Shown piece by piece: positions 62,994 to 64,000 of a DNA stretch of 64,000 nt; position 1 is the stretch's first letter, and each line of letters starts with the position of its first letter. The DNA is taken from the NCBI GenBank assembly GCA_012295275.1, contig CM022665.1:22692001-22756000 (forward strand), in the 5' to 3' direction. The stretch comes from Chrysomallon squamiferum (Eukaryota; Animalia; Mollusca). Under the pieces are notes generated by a model. It did not search any database. It was not told the origin of the DNA and was given only the letters and a program-made list of their open reading frames with translations. The position numbers and the translations under genes are program-made.

Positions 62994-63271
62994 AATTAGT
63001 GTGGTTAAAGGTACATCAGTAATATCATTTTATAACCATTTATGAATAATACATGACATGAATTACAAGTTCAACAATATTACTCACTGTTGGAAAAAAG
63101 ATACTTAAAATAATAATTTATAGTTTTTCCTTTTCAGTGATCTTACTTGGCAAGGACGTTGCCTGCCCAGGCTAACAAACTTTGTTTGGGTAGGGCTTGT
63201 TTCTTCTTGCTGGATGGCCCTTCTCCATCCATGTCTGGCACATTTGGAACATTAGAGATTGTCTCTTCAAT
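6087..63271 (-). CDS. SYNE1: Nesprin-1 / Msp300-like giant spectrin-repeat protein, partial (79 exons, 5,784 aa in window; 5' end and KASH outside)
   Basis: First exon begins IEE (cf. nesprin-1 ILYFQ|IEE at the end of CH1). CH2: [75 protein letters not shown]. About 50 spectrin repeats follow, with no SH3/plakin or WW/EF-hand region. All junctions are GT-AG with compatible phases. Orthology is from recalled motifs, not a database search. Confidence 0.9.
6789..6956 (-). CDS. SYNE1: exon w78 (168)
   Basis: QMTEMTQNAYEDH..EAEKWLLQMSYRLMSHNSLNVSSLEMTQRQIEKHR. Confidence 0.92.
7473..7625 (-). CDS. SYNE1: exon w77 (153)
   Basis: LILQDVETHH..KAKAQ. Confidence 0.9.
8143..8469 (-). CDS. SYNE1: exon w76 (327)
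   Basis: DVTSSMDEG..QDKYK. Confidence 0.93.
8800..8964 (-). CDS. SYNE1: exon w75 (165)
   Basis: SMLQRLRDNLHD..IEDIK. Confidence 0.92.
9172..9324 (-). CDS. SYNE1: exon w74 (153)
   Basis: DLYDDVIAKK..CSSAK. Confidence 0.92.
9584..9910 (-). CDS. SYNE1: exon w73 (327)
   Basis: DFKADLQTG..YKEGE. Confidence 0.93.
10212..10376 (-). CDS. SYNE1: exon w72 (165)
   Basis: EALAKAEDHVKGH..LQQLR. Confidence 0.9.
10797..10937 (-). CDS. SYNE1: exon w71 (141)
   Basis: AIENDIKGHQ..VAISK. Confidence 0.9.
11243..11569 (-). CDS. SYNE1: exon w70 (327)
   Basis: QMQDFMDHG..LEKFK. Confidence 0.93.
12495..12509 (-). CDS. SYNE1: candidate 15-nt microexon (RPIEV)
   Basis: taataactaatatttcag|AGACCTATAGAAGTG|gtaaga; phase 0-0; ACTAAT branch-point-like motif. 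Confidence 0.55.
12960..13124 (-). CDS. SYNE1: exon w69 (165)
   Basis: DLVSSLEASYKNH..LDHLD. Confidence 0.9.
13480..13632 (-). CDS. SYNE1: exon w68 (153)
   Basis: RHLDDILAHQ..IALSK. Confidence 0.9.
13875..13920. repeat. compound (TAT)n(TAG)n microsatellite
   Basis: read directly. Confidence 0.85.
14025..14351 (-). CDS. SYNE1: exon w67 (327)
   Basis: ALIQNLTEG..WEQYQ. Confidence 0.93.
15950..16114 (-). CDS. SYNE1: exon w66 (165)
   Basis: ELLAKNEQYVANH..IERVQ. Confidence 0.9.
16407..16559 (-). CDS. SYNE1: exon w65 (153)
   Basis: VLYQDIVSYEQ..KEQAK. Confidence 0.9.
16849..17172 (-). CDS. SYNE1: exon w64 (324)
   Basis: EFNVMKEEG..LQRIK. Confidence 0.93.
17617..17781 (-). CDS. SYNE1: exon w63 (165)
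   Basis: DLMKRYEQH..CTDTSGDRYTIQTQLEKLQ. Confidence 0.9.
18100..18252 (-). CDS. SYNE1: exon w62 (153)
   Basis: SVHEEIIAQQ..ITLSK. Confidence 0.9.
18475..18620 (-). CDS. SYNE1: exon w61 (146, phase 1-0)
   Basis: KLHEQWQRY..LEKQK. Confidence 0.9.
18936..19116 (-). CDS. SYNE1: exon w60 (181, phase 0-1)
   Basis: EIVNTVDTG..LIRTL. Confidence 0.9.
19272..19436 (-). CDS. SYNE1: exon w59 (165)
   Basis: DLLQRCDTNLRSH..QNKVQ. Confidence 0.9.
19760..19912 (-). CDS. SYNE1: exon w58 (153)
   Basis: VLQLNINSQQ..GTKTK. Confidence 0.9.
20408..20734 (-). CDS. SYNE1: exon w57 (327)
   Basis: ELMSEKEEG..LDRIK. Confidence 0.93.
21150..21314 (-). CDS. SYNE1: exon w56 (165)
   Basis: ELCRRWEQYVLDH..LQRVQ. Confidence 0.9.
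21628..21780 (-). CDS. SYNE1: exon w55 (153)
   Basis: ALHKDISSHQ..NVNIK. Confidence 0.9.
22090..22161. repeat. (AAAT)3(AAAC)15 tetranucleotide microsatellite
   Basis: read directly; produces the spurious FVCL repeats in the ORF track. Confidence 0.95.
22206..22364 (-). CDS. SYNE1: exon w54 (159)
   Basis: TKSDLESCMVQW..LERLK. Confidence 0.9.
22836..23000 (-). CDS. SYNE1: exon w53 (165; first half of a split 324)
   Basis: DILATRMEGEPK..TALAK. Confidence 0.9.
25625..25633 (-). CDS. SYNE1: candidate 9-nt microexon (RRC)
   Basis: atatttttgttcttctgaacag|CGTCGTTGT|gtaagtg; phase 0-0. Confidence 0.55.
26458..26622 (-). CDS. SYNE1: exon w52 (165)
   Basis: DRVQQYEVFVADH..CSDVSGDRHAIQSRLDKIQ. Confidence 0.92.
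27171..27323 (-). CDS. SYNE1: exon w51 (153)
   Basis: ALHQDVLSYQR..GIAAK. Confidence 0.9.
27755..28081 (-). CDS. SYNE1: exon w50 (327)
   Basis: DLLRDRDAG..GEKLYPNTALEGR..LHNFK. Confidence 0.93.
28337..28501 (-). CDS. SYNE1: exon w49 (165)
   Basis: DIIKKCEQ..LEKAQ. Confidence 0.92.
28900..29052 (-). CDS. SYNE1: exon w48 (153)
   Basis: DFLQDLRNRQ..LGAAK; a second in-frame acceptor would start the exon at 29040. Confidence 0.85.
29474..31203 (-). promoter_or_regulatory. RBFOX (U)GCAUG motif cluster downstream of the 51-nt cassette
   Basis: CATGCA on + at 29676, 29680, 30309, 30424 and 31172, plus further CATGC near 29474, 29536, 30551 and 31198. Confidence 0.5.
31253..31303 (-). CDS. SYNE1: candidate 51-nt cassette exon (ALYEDIVRQESMISAVD)
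   Basis: ttattccacccatccag|...|gtaagc; phase 0-0; peptide resembles starts of 153-class exons (VLYQDIVSYEQMVESM, ALHQDVLSYQRVIDSI). Confidence 0.7.
31824..32147 (-). CDS. SYNE1: exon w47 (324)
   Basis: ELIASQSDG..LVWYQ. Confidence 0.92.
32443..32607 (-). CDS. SYNE1: exon w46 (165)
   Basis: ALISKSEQH..LDRLH. Confidence 0.92.
33009..33161 (-). CDS. SYNE1: exon w45 (153)
   Basis: SLLQDIVSHQR..TMDAK. Confidence 0.9.
33616..34107 (-). CDS. SYNE1: exon w44 (492 = 165+327 fused)
   Basis: DLINKWEKYV..LQHHR. Confidence 0.93.
34430..34582 (-). CDS. SYNE1: exon w43 (153)
   Basis: KQREEILSHQ..LSLVK. Confidence 0.9.
34982..35305 (-). CDS. SYNE1: exon w42 (324)
   Basis: DFTASVPVGE..VEKFK. Confidence 0.92.
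35311..35400. repeat. degenerate (TAA/TGA)n trinucleotide tract
   Basis: read directly. Confidence 0.75.
35747..36064 (-). CDS. SYNE1: exon w41 (318 = 153+165 fused)
   Basis: VLHQDILSRQ..KERLK. Confidence 0.92.
36620..36827 (-). CDS. SYNE1: exon w40 (208, phase 2-0)
   Basis: NLRDEWES..LQNHK; AAG acceptor. Confidence 0.88.
36838..36958. repeat. degenerate (AAT)n tract
   Basis: read directly; abuts the w40 acceptor. Confidence 0.8.
37476..37759 (-). CDS. SYNE1: exon w39 (284, phase 0-2)
   Basis: DAICKCQEMAEEH..GEKLYPSTASEGRDAIRQDL. Confidence 0.92.
38137..38283 (-). CDS. SYNE1: exon w38 (147)
   Basis: HIQQQIMDNQ..KARIK. Confidence 0.9.
38601..38924 (-). CDS. SYNE1: exon w37 (324)
   Basis: DIRTVMSEG..VEHLK. 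Confidence 0.92.
39384..39548 (-). CDS. SYNE1: exon w36 (165)
   Basis: TRVQQAEEYVDQH..MDRVQ. Confidence 0.92.
40090..40230 (-). CDS. SYNE1: exon w35 (141 nt)
   Basis: TRLQDITSHQR..CATAQ. Confidence 0.9.
40592..40918 (-). CDS. SYNE1: exon w34 (327 class)
   Basis: DLLAHKDQG..GEKLLPNTSNEGR..LQHYK. Confidence 0.92.
41460..41624 (-). CDS. SYNE1: exon w33 (165 class)
   Basis: EQEERCEQNIDDH..RLAIVQ. Confidence 0.9.
42009..42161 (-). CDS. SYNE1: exon w32 (153 class)
   Basis: EMEESCQAQ..DSALK. Confidence 0.9.
42694..42850 (-). CDS. SYNE1: exon w31
   Basis: SNLENSIEQWHDY..LQNLK; 157 nt, phase 2-0. Confidence 0.9.
43312..43481 (-). CDS. SYNE1: exon w30
   Basis: DLTSSLEEGE..MEET; 170 nt, phase 0-2. 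Confidence 0.88.
43785..44105 (-). CDS. SYNE1: exon w29
   Basis: ELQEELAKHK..CGDMAGDRYSVEAKLSTIK; 321 nt. Confidence 0.92.
44508..44825 (-). CDS. SYNE1: exon w28
   Basis: EEAPYFAE..FKAAK; 318 nt. Confidence 0.9.
45211..45384 (-). CDS. SYNE1: exon w27
   Basis: TIDEHKENMEAQLVCW..LIKFK; 174 nt. Confidence 0.9.
45799..45960 (-). CDS. SYNE1: exon w26
   Basis: NAEFELHANQ..WEKTNS; 162 nt; AAG acceptor. Confidence 0.85.
46414..46734 (-). CDS. SYNE1: exon w25
   Basis: DIQADMSTYNP..LDQHK; 321 nt. Confidence 0.92.
47246..47887 (-). CDS. SYNE1: exon w24: two spectrin repeats
   Basis: AMKAEANQQD..LIGELE; 642 nt, phase 0-0. Confidence 0.92.
47895..47997 (-). promoter_or_regulatory. three UGCAUG motifs just upstream of the exon w24 acceptor
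   Basis: CATGCA on + at 47895, 47931 and 47992 (a fourth at 48412). Confidence 0.5.
48797..49117 (-). CDS. SYNE1: exon w23
   Basis: ALQEEVRTYQ..LAKLK; 321 nt. Confidence 0.92.
49417..49728 (-). CDS. SYNE1: exon w22
   Basis: TFLQEAEE..ELALAK; 312 nt. Confidence 0.92.
49909..50235 (-). CDS. SYNE1: exon w21
   Basis: TICSEVYENH..LYDVHQ; 327 nt. Confidence 0.92.
50519..50839 (-). CDS. SYNE1: exon w20
   Basis: ELHNTLNK..QLSKAE; 321 nt. Confidence 0.92.
51194..51334 (-). CDS. SYNE1: exon w19
   Basis: ETLHNWEQYE..LEAKK; 141 nt. Confidence 0.9.
51746..51922 (-). CDS. SYNE1: exon w18
   Basis: SIMMKLESE..HAKLK; 177 nt. Confidence 0.9.
53172..53189 (-). CDS. SYNE1: candidate 18-nt microexon (SPHGIM)
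   Basis: ctttttgtttttttataatatcag|TCACCTCATGGAATAATG|gtaagt; phase 0-0. Confidence 0.55.
53751..54071 (-). CDS. SYNE1: exon w17
   Basis: KAMRNKSK..YLQEHE; 321 nt. Confidence 0.9.
54170..54200. repeat. (TA)n(CA)n microsatellite
   Basis: read directly. Confidence 0.85.
55086..55091 (-). CDS. SYNE1: candidate 6-nt microexon (YK)
   Basis: actgcctgctcttgtggaaacag|TATAAG|gtaaaa; phase 0-0; tandem UGC motifs before the 3' splice site. Confidence 0.5.
55481..55589 (-). CDS. SYNE1: exon w16
   Basis: LSDFNKWVMEVE..LAKFQ; 109 nt, phase 2-0. Confidence 0.9.
55873..56093 (-). CDS. SYNE1: exon w15
   Basis: QLFQDGQ..LPERWKEYNT; 221 nt, phase 0-2. Confidence 0.9.
56547..56708 (-). CDS. SYNE1: exon w14
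   Basis: NILYNAPIKQMKLEF..LMKHR; 162 nt. Confidence 0.9.
56970..57104 (-). CDS. SYNE1: exon w13
   Basis: MFFDRFEGRILQ..LEARWK; 135 nt. Confidence 0.9.
57499..57666 (-). CDS. SYNE1: exon w12
   Basis: NCVAGAKDWEKKLE..LLRKHK; 168 nt. Confidence 0.9.
57931..58080 (-). CDS. SYNE1: exon w11
   Basis: AFFSDITYQKSILESK..MERFQ; 150 nt. Confidence 0.9.
58351..58674 (-). CDS. SYNE1: exon w10
   Basis: MLNSQMPDIE..RLEKHK; 324 nt. Confidence 0.9.
58934..59251 (-). CDS. SYNE1: exon w9
   Basis: EFFQDIAQYEEKH..YLQQLD; 318 nt. Confidence 0.9.
59418..59623 (-). CDS. SYNE1: exon w8
   Basis: QDEVIEMDHLFDDITQRWKK..EEKK; 206 nt, phase 1-0. Confidence 0.9.
59971..60064 (-). CDS. SYNE1: exon w7
   Basis: DFVTTGQLFENYDK..KKEGA; 94 nt, phase 0-1. 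Confidence 0.88.
60350..60631 (-). CDS. SYNE1: exon w6
   Basis: EFFKDLESNR..EWTVKYGNQESIELLLKDYQ; 282 nt. Confidence 0.9.
60936..61247 (-). CDS. SYNE1: exon w5: spectrin repeat
   Basis: EYLGFQ..LDQSLPGRLGQFGEWLYRAE..QRHK; 312 nt; AAG acceptor. Confidence 0.88.
61627..61773 (-). CDS. SYNE1: exon w4
   Basis: YRGVPSTNLDTAEKEMQ..QAEFL|gtaagt; 147 nt. Confidence 0.88.
62094..62182 (-). CDS. SYNE1: exon w3: CH2 end
   Basis: [30 protein letters not shown]; 89 nt, phase 1-0. Confidence 0.95.
62470..62666 (-). CDS. SYNE1: exon w2: CH2 core
   Basis: [21 protein letters not shown]; 197 nt, phase 2-1. Confidence 0.95.
62962..62990. repeat. (TA)n microsatellite
   Basis: read directly. Confidence 0.9.
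63147..63271 (-). CDS. SYNE1: exon w1: CH1-CH2 linker and start of CH2
   Basis: ttctag|IEETISNVPNVPDMDGEGPSSKKKQALPKQSLLAWAGNVLA|gtaaga; 125 nt, phase 0-2. Confidence 0.9.
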
Positions 63272-64000
63272 CTAGAAGAAATGAAACAAAATCTTACTAA
63301 CAGTAACAGAACATTTTTTTCTTTTCTTTTTGGTTTGTAGTTGGGTTTTTTTGTGCTAGAATTTTATTATCTGGAGCATATTATATGAAATATGTCTCCT
63401 GAAAATAATTAATAATATTTTAGATGTTATAAAATATGAATAAAACAAGTAAAACTAGAACAGATCCACAATAAACATGATTAGTAACAAAAAGAAAATC
63501 ATTTCACATGTCTTTTTTTTATTTTGGATGGATTACTGTTTTTCATAGACACAAATAAGATTAATAAATAAATATTTGGATACTGTTCTAATTCTTTTTT
63601 TAAAATTATTTTCACCATAATTATATAAATATAGGACAAGAAACAACAACAAGCAGCTTGGATTTCATGCTCTTTAAAAGCTTGTACAATGAAACTAAAT
63701 TCAGACTTGCAATTAGGGACTGTGACATGAAGCTCACATCAAATTTAGTCAAAGAAAATCACTTTATTATTTTGAATCAAGACACTCTTTTAGTATATAT
63801 TCAATAGATGTTGTTATCATGAAATTAACTGGTTTATTATTTGTATTTATTTATTATTTTTATTACTATTATTATTTTTAAAAATATGAATATAATTTGT
63901 CAGTAACTAAAAACAATATTTTAAATTTCTGTAACCAAAATATTCTCTCTGTTCAAAACTGCATAAAAATAACTAATGAATCCTAAATGTTAAGGTTAAT

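Noticed and set aside
62094-63271. Assignment as dystrophin, alpha-actinin, beta-spectrin or plakin/Shot
   Set aside because: The IEE linker start, TYVAQFL CH2 end, lack of a plakin/SH3 region and about 50 repeats fit nesprin-1/Msp300 better.
1-64000. Prokaryotic system, CRISPR array, RNA gene or transposon
   Set aside because: The DNA is intron-exon structured eukaryotic sequence; I saw no repeat-spacer array, tRNA/rRNA motif, transposase or RT reading frame, or terminal repeats.

Overview
Eukaryotic (animal) genomic DNA with very AT-rich, CpG-poor introns and simple repeats; probably an invertebrate, lineage not determinable here. The window is an internal part of one giant minus-strand gene, a nesprin-1/SYNE1 (Msp300/ANC-1-like) orthologue. 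I traced 79 constitutive GT-AG exons by hand from 63271 down to 6087 (17,352 nt, 5,784 aa, frame continuous). They encode the CH1-CH2 linker, the CH2 actin-binding domain and roughly 50 spectrin repeats; the start, CH1 and the KASH domain lie outside the window. From 42161 to 6087 the rod is about 15 copies of a three-exon unit (153+165+324/327 nt, two spectrin repeats), with a four-repeat higher-order period and several intron gains and losses. The most interesting signal is missed by the ORF track. Introns are normally about 150-650 nt, but all seven long internal introns (0.9-3.5 kb) fall at the same helix-B position. Five of them contain a frame-preserving mini-exon with canonical splice sites (6, 18, 51, 9 and 15 nt: YK, SPHGIM, ALYEDIVRQESMISAVD, RRC, RPIEV), some flanked by UGCAUG (RBFOX) or UGC motifs. 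There are also candidate stop-containing exons, notably VLLDHLDLYWY* at 4033-3998 preceded by six UCUAAC copies, that would give KASH-less isoforms. All alternative exons are predictions that need RNA evidence. No prokaryotic system, CRISPR array, RNA gene or recognisable transposon was found.
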